Part shown: piece after piece, positions 8,603 through 15,403 of the stretch
Layout of the letters: each line of letters opens with the position of its first letter
Numbering within the stretch: the stretch's first letter is position 1
DNA from: a virus
IMG/VR virus record: IMGVR_UViG_3300020172_001601
Coordinates: 64,198 to 128,197 of that record
Direction: 5' to 3' (one strand)
DNA length: 64,000 nucleotides
Program-made: the position numbers and the translations under genes
The notes under the pieces: generated by a model
Databases searched by the model: none
What the model was told of the DNA's origin: nothing
Seen by the model: only the letters and a program-made list of their open reading frames with translations

Positions 8603-8673
8603 AGCGGGTTGGAGGAGTGGTTCCTTGCAAGGCTCATAACCTTGAGACACTGGTTCGAGTCCAGTACCCGCCA
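8603..8673 (+). tRNA. tRNA-Met/Ile2 (anticodon CAT); 1-72 unpaired (A1/C72)
   Basis: Anticodon arm CAAGG-CTCATAA-CCTTG; T-arm ACTGG-TTCGAGT-CCAGT. Confidence 0.7.
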
Positions 8674-8696
8674 CTAGGTCGAAAGACCTTATATAT

Positions 8697-8770
8697 CGTA
8701 GGGTGGAGCAGTCTGGTAGCTCGCAAGGCTCATAACCTTGAGGCCGCAGGTTCAAATCCTGCCCCTGCCA
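8697..8770 (+). tRNA. tRNA-Met/Ile2 (anticodon CAT), second copy; 1-72 unpaired (C1/C72)
   Basis: Same anticodon arm; D-arm GAGC..GCTC; T-arm GCAGG-TTCAAAT-CCTGC. Confidence 0.7.
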
Positions 8771-8771
8771 C

Positions 8772-8800
8772 TTTACAAGTCGAAAGACTTGTGGTAGAAT
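8772..8800 (+). promoter_or_regulatory. sigma70-type promoter TTTACA-N17-TGGTAGAAT
   Basis: Immediately 3' of tRNA; drives small ORF 8849-8986. Confidence 0.55.
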
Positions 8801-8848
8801 CTTGAAGTTCGATAAACAAACACACGGCTCGTTGCCGTGTCAGGAGAC

Positions 8849-8986
8849 ATGACAATGTTCGTTCAAATTACCAATATCGGTCGCTGGCATAATGGGCAAC
8901 AAGCCCAGCCACAGACAACGTGCGCCAAGCCCGCAGTGCGCACCGTCGTCGCCAATAAAGGTAATGAAGATACATTGCCTTCCTGA
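8849..8986 (+). CDS. small ORF (45 aa) with RBS and downstream terminator
   Basis: AGGAGA RBS, ATG 8849, followed by strong terminator at 9052. Confidence 0.3.
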   Translation: MTMFVQITNIGRWHNGQQAQPQTTCAKPAVRTVVANKGNEDTLPS

Positions 8987-9051
8987 CCGAACCATACAAG
9001 TTCGGCTCAGGATGCCTGAGCCGGACTGAAACAATATAAAGTTTCAGCAAA

Positions 9052-9089
9052 CCCCGCCCAGGCAAGAAAAGCCTGGGCGGGGTTTTTTT
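9052..9089 (+). terminator. rho-independent terminator
   Basis: CCCCGCCCAGGC..GCCTGGGCGGGG then TTTTTTT. Confidence 0.8.
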
Positions 9090-9103
9090 GTTGGATTTTT
9101 TAT

Positions 9104-9178
9104 TGCCGGGGGTTCTGTGCTGGTACGGAAACTTGACTCTGAATCAAGACGACGTAGGTTCGATTCCTACCCCGGCAG
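9104..9178 (+). tRNA. tRNA-Gln (CTG)
   Basis: U1-A72 acceptor TGCCGGG/CCCGGCA; anticodon arm CTTGA-CTCTGAA-TCAAG. Confidence 0.75.
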
Positions 9179-9242
9179 CTTCAAACTTGGGAGAATGATG
9201 ATGACAATGCACCGATATAAACGTGGAGCCATAACTGCATAT

Positions 9243-9315
9243 GGCTCCGACACCTTTAGTGGATGAGGCCCCGCCTTTTAAGCGGGTCAAGAGGGATCGT
9301 TACCCTACGGAGCCA
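9243..9315 (+). tRNA. tRNA-Lys(TTT)-like, atypical T-loop (possible pseudo-tRNA)
   Basis: Acceptor GGCTCCG/CGGAGCC, anticodon arm CCCGC-CTTTTAA-GCGGG; T-loop ATCGTTA. Confidence 0.45.
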
Positions 9316-9320
9316 CTTCT

Positions 9321-9405
9321 GCGCTCGACGCTGAATTGGTTGCAGCACCAGACTTTTAATCTGGTTTCCGCAAGGGACGTGTGGGTTCGAGTCCCACCGG
9401 GCGCA
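9321..9405 (+). tRNA. tRNA with anticodon TTT (Lys) carrying a 16-nt variable arm (85 nt)
   Basis: Acceptor GCGCTCG/CGGGCGC; anticodon arm CCAGA-CTTTTAA-TCTGG; T-arm GTGGG-TTCGAGT-CCCAC. Confidence 0.55.
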
Positions 9406-9430
9406 CTGTAACGAAATGAATGAACACTGA

Positions 9431-9856
9431 ATGAAACTGCAAGAATTGACGGGATTGAGTGACGCTGATCCGATTCATCGTTACTTAGGAATAGTGGATA
9501 GATTCCTTGGGGAACATGACTGGTTTGAAACTTGTCATAAACTCCAGAAGGACGAAGTGATTGAGGCGATGTGGTTGTGCCTCGGTCATCCAGTTCAATA
9601 TCCAATTGTTGAAGATTATTGTCTCGATAACTTCGAGGAATATCTTAAACAAAAAAGTGAACCTGAGATCGCCGATATTGTCTATAAGTTGAGGCGAAGG
9701 AAAGGGGAAGAAGGGATCGACAACCACGGGATTCGGGTAGTTATGATGTGGCTTATTGCCAATATCGACTATCTGAAAGAAAGATACTTGGAGGAAGGAT
9801 ACGGAAAACGCCATCGGAAAATAACAGCCGGTTGGTATCCAAGTATAGATGATTGA
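9431..9856 (+). CDS. hypothetical protein
   Basis: 141-aa ORF. Confidence 0.45.
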   Translation: MKLQELTGLSDADPIHRYLGIVDRFLGEHDWFETCHKLQKDEVIEAMWLCLGHPVQYPIVEDYCLDNFEEYLKQKSEPEIADIVYKLRRRKGEEGIDNHGIRVVMMWLIANIDYLKERYLEEGYGKRHRKITAGWYPSIDD

Positions 9857-9860
9857 ATAT

Positions 9861-9950
9861 TGTGAGATACGCTAGTTGGTAAGCGGCGAAGCTGTTAACT
9901 TCGTGCAATCCGTCTTGAACGGTACGCAGGTTCGACCCCTGCTCTCACAG
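9861..9950 (+). tRNA. tRNA with anticodon GTT (Asn) carrying a 22-nt variable arm (90 nt)
   Basis: Acceptor TGTGAGA/TCTCACA; anticodon arm CGAAG-CTGTTAA-CTTCG; T-arm GCAGG-TTCGACC-CCTGC. Confidence 0.55.
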
Positions 9951-9956
9951 CTTTCT

Positions 9957-10043
9957 ATTCCCGAACGGGAATAGAACGATCCCGAACGGGAATAATTTGA
10001 TGTTTTTGGCAACAGAATAGTCAAATTATTCCCGAACGGGAAT
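9957..10043. repeat. three copies of palindromic motif ATTCCCGAACGGGAAT within 90 bp between tRNA genes
   Basis: Copies at about 9957-9972, 9979-9993 (imperfect) and 10028-10043. Confidence 0.7.
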
Positions 10044-10047
10044 GAAA

Positions 10048-10121
10048 CGGGGTGTGGGCTAAAGGCGAGCCGCCTGCTTTGGGAGCAGGACAACGAGTGA
10101 GTTCGATTCTCACCACCCCGA
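10048..10121 (+). tRNA. tRNA-Pro (TGG)
   Basis: Acceptor CGGGGTG/CACCCCG; anticodon arm CCTGC-TTTGGGA-GCAGG. Confidence 0.75.
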
Positions 10122-10157
10122 CTCGGTTGGTTCTTTGACAATTTGGTGGCAAAAAAT

Positions 10158-10228
10158 GGGGTCGTGGTGAAACGGGATCACGTCTGCTTTGCAAGCAGAA
10201 ATTAAGGGTTCGATTCCCTTCGGCTCCA
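10158..10228 (+). tRNA. tRNA-Ala (TGC), G3:U70
   Basis: Acceptor GGGGTCG/CGGCTCC with G3:U70; anticodon arm TCTGC-TTTGCAA-GCAGA. Confidence 0.8.
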
Positions 10229-10240
10229 CTGGTTGATTGA

Positions 10241-10312
10241 CGGCGTATGTTGTAGTGGACTGCGAACTGCTCTGATAAGGCAGGAGTCCAGGTTCGATTC
10301 CTGGTACGCCGA
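10241..10312 (+). tRNA. tRNA-Ile (GAT)
   Basis: Acceptor CGGCGTA/TACGCCG; anticodon loop CTGATAA. Confidence 0.8.
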
Positions 10313-10318
10313 CTGAAT

Positions 10319-10386
10319 GGGGTAGCCTACGGGTAGGCTCTGTGCCTTGCAAGCACGGATATGGGGTTCAACTCCCCACTGCTCCA
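10319..10386 (+). tRNA. tRNA-Ala (TGC) second copy, shortened D-arm, G3:U70
   Basis: Acceptor GGGGTAG/CTGCTCC; anticodon arm TGTGC-CTTGCAA-GCACG. Confidence 0.6.
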
Positions 10387-10393
10387 CTGATAT

Positions 10394-10464
10394 AGGTGTG
10401 TGGTGTAGCGGTAGCACGCTGATCTCCAAAATCATCGGTGAGGGTTCGACTCCTTCCACACCTG
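10394..10464 (+). tRNA. tRNA-Trp (CCA)
   Basis: Acceptor AGGTGTG/CACACCT; anticodon loop CTCCAAA. Confidence 0.8.
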
Positions 10465-10517
10465 CTGAGTTTATTGGTTCTCGACAACTCTTCGGAGTAT
10501 AAAAACCAATACTGTAT

Positions 10518-10590
10518 TCCCTTGTAGCTCAATTGGTAGAGCGGCACGCTGTTAACGTGAAGGTTCTAGGTTCGAGTCCTAGCGAGGGAG
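10518..10590 (+). tRNA. tRNA-Asn (GTT)
   Basis: Acceptor TCCCTTG/CGAGGGA; anticodon loop CTGTTAA; standard class I. Confidence 0.8.
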
Positions 10591-10669
10591 CTTGGTTGAG
10601 AAATGTAGGTTCGATTCCTACCCTGAGTAAGAGTAGCATAATATGGCCTAATGCGACTCAACCAAATAT

Positions 10670-10745
10670 TGCCGGGTATTCGGTGTTGGTATCCGTTCTC
10701 TGCCTTTGAAGCAGAAGGTCGGTGGTTCGATTCCACCCCCGGCAG
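10670..10745 (+). tRNA. tRNA-Gln (TTG)
   Basis: Acceptor TGCCGGG/CCCGGCA; anticodon arm TCTGC-CTTTGAA-GCAGA. Confidence 0.75.
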
Positions 10746-10748
10746 CTA

Positions 10749-10995
10749 GAGAGTGTAGTGTGAATAGCCGCAGAGGTAAATTCACAAAAGTTGAAGGAAG
10801 TGCAAAGCTAAAACTGCAAGTAACAGTTGCAAAAGCTATAAAAACCGTGAGCGGCTGTAAGGGCCGACAGGCTTGGAGAAAATAACTTTGCATAGAGATC
10901 AATGAGTAGTGTTTCGAGATAAGCGGTAGGCAGCACAGAGGCTATAGCATTTGCAACCGGAGCCTCCAGTTTAGGTTCGAGTCCTAACGCTCTCA
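10749..10995 (+). tRNA. tRNA-like termini (GAGAGTG...CGCTCTC plus T-arm) flanking a ~170-nt structured insert (247 nt total)
   Basis: Complementary acceptor halves and TTAGG-TTCGAGT-CCTAA T-arm; no ORF inside; could be composite. Confidence 0.2.
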
Positions 10996-11008
10996 CTTGT
11001 TAGTTTAC

Positions 11009-11081
11009 GGTTCCGTGGTGTAGTGGTACTGCATACCTCCCTGTCACGGAGAAGGTACGAGTTCGATCCTCGTCGGAACCG
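11009..11081 (+). tRNA. tRNA-Asp (GTC)
   Basis: Acceptor GGTTCCG/CGGAACC; anticodon loop CTGTCAC. Confidence 0.8.
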
Positions 11082-11083
11082 CT

Positions 11084-11155
11084 GTGATTGAAGCCAAACG
11101 GTGCGGCGTCTCTTTGTGAAAGAGATAATAGTGGGTTCGACTCCCATCAATCACC
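11084..11155 (+). tRNA. tRNA-His (GTG), discriminator C73, no encoded G-1
   Basis: Acceptor GTGATTG/CAATCAC; anticodon loop TTGTGAA. Confidence 0.75.
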
Positions 11156-11167
11156 TGTTAGTTTTTT

Positions 11168-11240
11168 GGGCGTGGAGTTCGGTTGGTAGAACATCCCCCT
11201 GTCACGGGGAAGGCTGCGGGTTCAACTCCCGTCACGCTCG
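11168..11240 (+). tRNA. tRNA-Asp (GTC) second copy
   Basis: Acceptor GGGCGTG/CACGCTC; anticodon arm TCCCC-CTGTCAC-GGGGA. Confidence 0.8.
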
Positions 11241-11252
11241 CTAGTTAGTTTC

Positions 11253-11324
11253 GCCTTCGTGGTATAGTGGTATTACGCCTTCTTGGTAAGAAGGAAATCG
11301 TGAGTTCGATTCTCACCGAAGGCT
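11253..11324 (+). tRNA. tRNA-Thr (GGT)
   Basis: Acceptor GCCTTCG/CGAAGGC; anticodon arm CCTTC-TTGGTAA-GAAGG. Confidence 0.8.
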
Positions 11325-11327
11325 CTT

Positions 11328-11400
11328 GATCTTGAAGCTCAAATGGATGAGCGACCACTTGTCTAGTGGAAGGTTGTAGGTTCGACTCCTATTGAGATCG
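11328..11400 (+). tRNA. tRNA, anticodon ambiguous (loop TTGTCTA; GTC by position, pyrimidine at 37)
   Basis: Acceptor GATCTTG/TGAGATC; D-arm GCTC..GAGC; T-arm GTAGG-TTCGACT-CCTAT. Confidence 0.55.
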
Positions 11401-11467
11401 CTATGTTCATCAGGTCCGCTAACTTGGTGAACAGAAAGGTTGCGGCGAGTTTAGCGGCTCGTTTGAG

Positions 11468-11539
11468 GTTGTGTTCGTCTAGTGGTCTAGGATGCCGTCG
11501 TTGAAGACGGCGACATGGGTTCAAATCCCATACACAATC
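11468..11539 (+). tRNA. tRNA with non-canonical anticodon loop (6 or 8 nt, contains TTGAAG)
   Basis: Acceptor GTTGTGT/ACACAAT; T-arm ATGGG-TTCAAAT-CCCAT; anticodon stem GCCGTC/GACGGC. Confidence 0.5.
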
Positions 11540-11556
11540 TCGCAACTGAATTTTAT

Positions 11557-11635
11557 GGCCGTGGAAACGAAAGCTCCGTGGTGGGGCATCAGACTGCAAA
11601 TCTGACGTTAAGAGGTTCGACTCCTCCTGCGGCCT
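11557..11635 (+). tRNA. tRNA-Cys (GCA), enlarged D region
   Basis: Acceptor GGCCGTG/TGCGGCC; anticodon arm TCAGA-CTGCAAA-TCTGA. Confidence 0.65.
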
Positions 11636-11640
11636 CTCGA

Positions 11641-11708
11641 TTCGGGTTAGTGTAACGGTAGCACGGAGCCGTCAAAGGCTCCAGAGTGGTTCGACTCCAC
11701 ACCCTTAT
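11641..11708 (+). tRNA. tRNA-like gene, family member 1 of 3 (shared D-arm TAGTGTAACGGTAGCACG), anticodon-position loop only 6 nt
   Basis: T-arm AGTGG-TTCGACT-CCAC; stem GGAGCC/GGCTCC with loop GTCAAA. Confidence 0.4.
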
Positions 11709-11716
11709 CACAATAT

Positions 11717-11786
11717 GTTCTGTCCTGCGGATTCAGGCATTGAGTCTACGAAACTCGACTGGAAGGTTCGACTCCTTCACGGAACA
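11717..11786 (+). tRNA. tRNA-Arg (ACG)
   Basis: Acceptor GTTCTGT/ACGGAAC; anticodon arm TGAGT-CTACGAA-ACTCG. Confidence 0.75.
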
Positions 11787-11794
11787 CTTGATAT

Positions 11795-11865
11795 GCCCGG
11801 TTGATGAAATGGTATCGTGTCTGCATTACAAGCAGAATTCGGGGGTTCGATTCCCTCACCGGGTA
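11795..11865 (+). tRNA. tRNA-Val (TAC)
   Basis: Acceptor GCCCGGT/ACCGGGT; anticodon arm TCTGC-ATTACAA-GCAGA. Confidence 0.75.
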
Positions 11866-11878
11866 CTGGATTGAATAT

Positions 11879-11950
11879 GGCCCATTCGTCTACTGGCTAG
11901 GACCGCTGTTTTTCAGGCAGCAGAAGACGGATCGAAACCGTCATGGGTCA
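11879..11950 (+). tRNA. tRNA-Glu (TTC), T-loop ATCGAAA
   Basis: Acceptor GGCCCAT/ATGGGTC; anticodon loop TTTTCAG. Confidence 0.75.
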
Positions 11951-11955
11951 CTTAG

Positions 11956-12030
11956 TTGTTGGATAAATTAGTGTAACGGTAGCACGCCTCTCACCAAGGG
12001 GAAGATTGGTTCGATTCCAATACCAACAAC
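11956..12030 (+). tRNA. tRNA-like gene, family member 2 (extra ATAAATTA between acceptor and D-stem; 6-nt loop ACCAAG)
   Basis: Acceptor TTGTTGG/CCAACAA; D-arm GTGTAACGGTAGCAC; T-arm ATTGG-TTCGATT-CCAAT. Confidence 0.4.
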
Positions 12031-12032
12031 TA

Positions 12033-12105
12033 AATGAGACAAATTAGTGTAACGGTAGCACGCTCCCGTGGAGGGAGAAGATTGGTTCAACTCCAATACT
12101 CATTT
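12033..12105 (+). tRNA. tRNA-like gene, family member 3 (extra ACAAATTA; 5-nt loop GTGGA)
   Basis: Acceptor AATGAGA/ACTCATT; same D-arm; T-arm ATTGG-TTCAACT-CCAAT. Confidence 0.4.
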
Positions 12106-12107
12106 AC

Positions 12108-12180
12108 GCCGCTTTGAGCAGAGTGGGATTGCGCCTGTCTTGTAAACAGGAATGAGTGAGTTCGATTCTCACAGGCGGCT
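12108..12180 (+). tRNA. tRNA-Thr (TGT)
   Basis: Acceptor GCCGCTT/AGGCGGC; anticodon arm CCTGT-CTTGTAA-ACAGG. Confidence 0.8.
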
Positions 12181-12957
12181 CTGAAACATTTAACCTTTGG
12201 AGAAATACTATGGTGCGTCTTTGGCTCGAAACTGTGCGGATTTAGACCAACAGGTAGGTTACACCTGGGGCATTACTTCTCGGTGATTCAACCGGGACAA
12301 GCTGGGTGTACCGTACTGGTGGCAAACTATCATGCACCGGAGGTAAAGAATCTGGAAGTATCCGTGAACGCCTTACGGCAATACGGTGTCCAGACCATAG
12401 TGATTCAGAAGGACGTGTTTGACGCTGAGTTGTTCTTCCGACTATTGACGCTCGCTAAAATGGGCGACTTGAGCCGGATGACACAATTCAAGTCAACAGA
12501 AGAGGACGATAGGACTGGCCAATTGTTGACCTACCCTGTTCTCATGGCGCATGATGTTGCGGGTTACTCCGAAGTCATTGTGGGCCTGGATCAGAAGCAG
12601 CATTTGGAATATGCCAGAAAGCTGTTGAGAAAATACAACAGTGTATATGGCACGACATATCCAATCCCGATAGCGAATATCGTGGTGGGACGTGTCAAAG
12701 ATTTGCGTGACCCGACGAAGAAAATGTCGAAGTCATCACCACAAGGATGTTTATTCCTTGATGATAAGGTTGATGATATTCAACAAAAGATTCGGAAAGC
12801 GACCGCAGATGAAGAGGGCCTGAATAACTTGAAGTTTTTGTATGGGGAGTTTGTAAGAGAAACGCCTCCAACAAGTAATCAAGAACTAAAAGAAAAGCTG
12901 GCCGATGGTTTGGTGAAATGCTTTGCAAGCTGTAGTGGCACAGCATCCGGCTCTTAA
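12160..12957 (+). CDS. trpS: tryptophanyl-tRNA synthetase-like (short; no canonical start codon before the HIGH region)
   Basis: FRPTGRLHLGHY (HIGH region) at 12241-12276 lies upstream of first ATG/GTG; LTYPVLMAHDV and KMSKS present; frame opens at 12160 after TGA; 5' end abuts tRNA-Thr, 3' end overlaps tRNA-Lys. Confidence 0.6.
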   Translation, partial: VRFSQAALKHLTFGEILWCVFGSKLCGFRPTGRLHLGHYFSVIQPGQAGCTVLVANYHAPEVKNLEVSVNALRQYGVQTIVIQKDVFDAELFFRLLTLAKMGDLSRMTQFKSTEEDDRTGQLLTYPVLMAHDVAGYSEVIVGLDQKQHLEYARKLLRKYNSVYGTTYPIPIANIVVGRVKDLRDPTKKMSKSSPQGCLFLDDKVDDIQQKIRKATADEEGLNNLKFLYGEFVRETPPTSNQELKEKLADGLVKCFASCSGTASGS

Positions 12958-12992
12958 CCGGAAGGTTCAGGGTTCAAGTCCCTGGCGAAGCA
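12919..12992 (+). tRNA. tRNA-Lys (CTT); overlaps 3' end of TrpRS-like ORF
   Basis: Acceptor TGCTTTG/CGAAGCA; anticodon arm TCCGG-CTCTTAA-CCGGA. Confidence 0.7.
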
Positions 12993-12997
12993 CTCTT

Positions 12998-13079
12998 GCA
13001 GGTATGGCAGAACGGTTATGCACCTGACTCTTAATCAGGGATCGCAAGATCAACGTAGGTTCGACTCCTACTGCCTGCA
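12998..13079 (+). tRNA. tRNA with anticodon CTT by position but type-II-like scaffold (3-bp D-stem, 15-nt variable arm)
   Basis: Acceptor GCAGGTA/TGCCTGC; anticodon arm CCTGA-CTCTTAA-TCAGG; variable hairpin GATC-GCAA-GATC. Confidence 0.5.
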
Positions 13080-13087
13080 CTATTTAC

Positions 13088-13159
13088 GGCGTGTTCGACT
13101 TCTGGTGAGGTCATCTGCCTTTCAAGCAGATTAGATGGGATCGAAACCCATACACGTCA
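13088..13159 (+). tRNA. tRNA-Glu (TTC) second copy
   Basis: Acceptor GGCGTGT/ACACGTC; anticodon arm TCTGC-CTTTCAA-GCAGA; T-loop ATCGAAA. Confidence 0.7.
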
Positions 13160-13396
13160 CTTGTTGGTGGAAGAGTTCATATACAGTTGCCCAATACTAT
13201 TTGCCTTCTAAGCAAATATAGGGCTACCAGGGCCATATGAAGGTCAACTGAAAAAACTGGAATATCGGCCACCCGAAACCAACAAAACAAAAACGGTTAG
13301 AGGGTTTGTACTCGACGCCGTGGATTGCCAATCTTGGGTGGGCGGCATTCCGAAGGCTGGTCTTTGACAATTTGGTAGTTAAATTAAGGCCAAGAA

Positions 13397-13531
13397 GTGC
13401 CTGTGGTGTAAGCTGGTCGGCAGCGTCGTGGAAACACGAAACACTACATTGCACGTTAATCACATTTTCCGGCAAGACCGGCTCTGTGATTAGCGTATAA
13501 TGCCAATAGAGGTCGATTCCTCTCAGGCACA
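13397..13531 (+). tRNA. tRNA-like termini (GTGCCTG...CAGGCAC) flanking ~80-nt insert
   Basis: Complementary acceptor halves, GTGT D-like start, AGAGG..CCTCT T-like arm. Confidence 0.2.
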
Positions 13532-13710
13532 CTTCCCGGTCCAGAAATGGATCGGATTTTGGACTTGTCGTTCGTCTAAAATACGCTTCGGCGTATCTCA
13601 GGACGCCTGCACCGCCAATGCCGTTCGGCGGTTGATGATGTGATTGGTTGGGTTGGAATACTTCTCAAGCCAGGAAGCGCAAGCTGAACTTGCACGACAA
13701 GTCTCTTTAT

Positions 13711-13784
13711 GGTGATCGTAGTGTAGCGGCTCTGCACGTCTCCCTGTGAAGGAGAAAGTGGCGGTTCGACCCCGCTCGATCACC
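13711..13784 (+). tRNA. tRNA-His (GTG) with genome-encoded G-1 and C73
   Basis: G-1 then GTGATCG/CGATCAC; anticodon arm TCTCC-CTGTGAA-GGAGA. Confidence 0.8.
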
Positions 13785-13890
13785 CTTGATATTTTTCAAA
13801 TTGGGTCACTCTTTTAAGTCGGCATTGATCGACTACGAGATTTGGATATACTCATCTCGTCCCAAACTTCATTCAGGAAAGAGAGAAATT

Positions 13891-14697
13891 ATGGACCCAA
13901 AATATACCGTTGGCCAAAAGGTGCTTTTCGCCAATCAAGAAGCCATCATTCGTAAGCTCGAAGAGAGCGACGGAAAATTCAAGTATTACTGCGAAGTGGG
14001 CGGCGTCCCACTGACCATGTGGATTCCTGAAGATTCCCTTGATGTTGGAAATCCATCCGGCCCGCCATCAGTGTTCTTCAATCGAAGAATGCCACACTTG
14101 TTGATTGTGGATAACTTCTACAAAGACCCGGATGATGTGCGAGCCTTCGCCCTGGAGCAAGAGTTCAAGCCGAACTTGAGAAACTACAAGGGCGAAAGAA
14201 CTGATGAGCGATTCCTGTGGCCATTCCTCAAAGAAGAATTTGAGCGACTATTGGGCCGTCCGATTGTTGACTGGCTGAATCAGCCTTGCAACGGATGTTT
14301 CCAGATTACTGGTTTCAATGATCCGTTGGTGTGGCACTCCGACTTGCAGAGTTACGCCGCTGCTGTATATTTGACGCCAGATGCCCCGGTAAGTGCTGGG
14401 ACTAGCTTCTGGAAAGATACAAATCACGGAAGCCGTCGTCCACCAAATCACCCGCTTGAGTTCGACCGATTTGCTTCAGATGAAGCACGAGCTTTGGCGG
14501 CGAATGAGATTTACAGCGAATACAATATCCTTCACCCGGATAATTGGGAACTGGTCGATAAAGTTGGAGCCGTATATAACCGGCTTGCAATTTGGGATGC
14601 TCAAATGATCCACTCGGCAAGTTCCTACGAAGGCATGGTAAGTGGCGAGGCTGATAAGGCCCGACTTGTCCAATTGTTCTTCTTTACCGTAAGGTAA
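13891..14697 (+). CDS. hypothetical protein
   Basis: ATG 13891 after GAGAGAAATT; 268 aa. Confidence 0.5.
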   Translation: MDPKYTVGQKVLFANQEAIIRKLEESDGKFKYYCEVGGVPLTMWIPEDSLDVGNPSGPPSVFFNRRMPHLLIVDNFYKDPDDVRAFALEQEFKPNLRNYKGERTDERFLWPFLKEEFERLLGRPIVDWLNQPCNGCFQITGFNDPLVWHSDLQSYAAAVYLTPDAPVSAGTSFWKDTNHGSRRPPNHPLEFDRFASDEARALAANEIYSEYNILHPDNWELVDKVGAVYNRLAIWDAQMIHSASSYEGMVSGEADKARLVQLFFFTVR

Positions 14698-14702
14698 ACA
14701 AA

Positions 14703-14984
14703 ATGGCTTTCCGGTTGAGCAAAAAAGTCTCTCTCGAAGAGGGCGACAGGATACGAGTTTCAGGTGGTCCATACTTCCTCGCTCAATCTGGAAAAAAGAT
14801 CAGCATGGGTGAGCATGGGATTGGAACATTTGCTGGGGCAGAAGAAAATGGCGAAGCGATATACGTCAAGTTTGATCGCATGTCTGCTCCAAGATTTGTC
14901 TATATCGGGCCTGAGCGTTTGTCGGCATCAACTGGCACAACGCTCAGGCCCCATAAGATTGTCAAGCTGCGAAAGAAGGTGTGA
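14703..14984 (+). CDS. hypothetical protein
   Basis: 93-aa ORF. Confidence 0.4.
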   Translation: MAFRLSKKVSLEEGDRIRVSGGPYFLAQSGKKISMGEHGIGTFAGAEENGEAIYVKFDRMSAPRFVYIGPERLSASTGTTLRPHKIVKLRKKV

Positions 14985-15316
14985 CCATGTGGTATATTCT
15001 TGATGAAAATAATGATCCAGTTCCAGCCGACACATTGGTTGCAGCCCAATTCCTGGAAGATGGCAAGCGACGAACTGTTGCTTACGACGACATGCCTGAT
15101 GGCAGTTTGTTGTCCACGGTCTTCTTGTGTTTAGATCACGGCATGGGCCGGTCAGACGGTCCTGTGTTGTTTGAGTCGATGTGGTTTGGTGGTCCGCACG
15201 ATGGCCATCAGCGTCGGTACAAAACTTGGGACGAAGCCAAAGAAGGTCATGCCGATATGCTGGAGGCATATATGGAATATCAAAGATATAATGCGGAACA
15301 ATTGGCGAAGATGTAG
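14981..15316 (+). CDS. hypothetical protein
   Basis: 111-aa ORF overlapping previous stop. Confidence 0.4.
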   Translation: MTMWYILDENNDPVPADTLVAAQFLEDGKRRTVAYDDMPDGSLLSTVFLCLDHGMGRSDGPVLFESMWFGGPHDGHQRRYKTWDEAKEGHADMLEAYMEYQRYNAEQLAKM

Positions 15317-15320
15317 TTAT

Positions 15321-15392
15321 GCGACTATGGTGTAGGGGTTGTCACGCTTGCTTGCCATGCAAGAGGACAGGGTTCGAGTCCCTGTAGTCGCT
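15321..15392 (+). tRNA. tRNA-Gly (GCC)
   Basis: Acceptor GCGACTA/TAGTCGC; anticodon arm CTTGC-TTGCCAT-GCAAG. Confidence 0.8.
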
Positions 15393-15403
15393 CTGGTTTT
15401 TAT

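Noticed and set aside
9957-10043. Possible CRISPR array from TTCCCGAACGGGAA repeats
   Set aside because: Only three copies, 16-bp palindromic units with irregular 6- and 34-bp spacing, and no cas genes. More consistent with operator or hairpin repeats.
10600-10635. Isolated T-arm plus 3' acceptor-like fragment (GTAGG-TTCGATT-CCTAC-CCTGAG) after tRNA-Asn, and orphan T-arm at 18177-18210
   Set aside because: No complementary 5' acceptor half upstream. Treated as tRNA fragments or pseudogene remnants, not called as genes.
13160-13250. Possible degenerate tRNA-Arg(TCT)-like hairpin ATTTGC-CTTCTAA-GCAAAT
   Set aside because: No acceptor pairing or T-arm could be found around it; likely a chance anticodon-arm-like hairpin.
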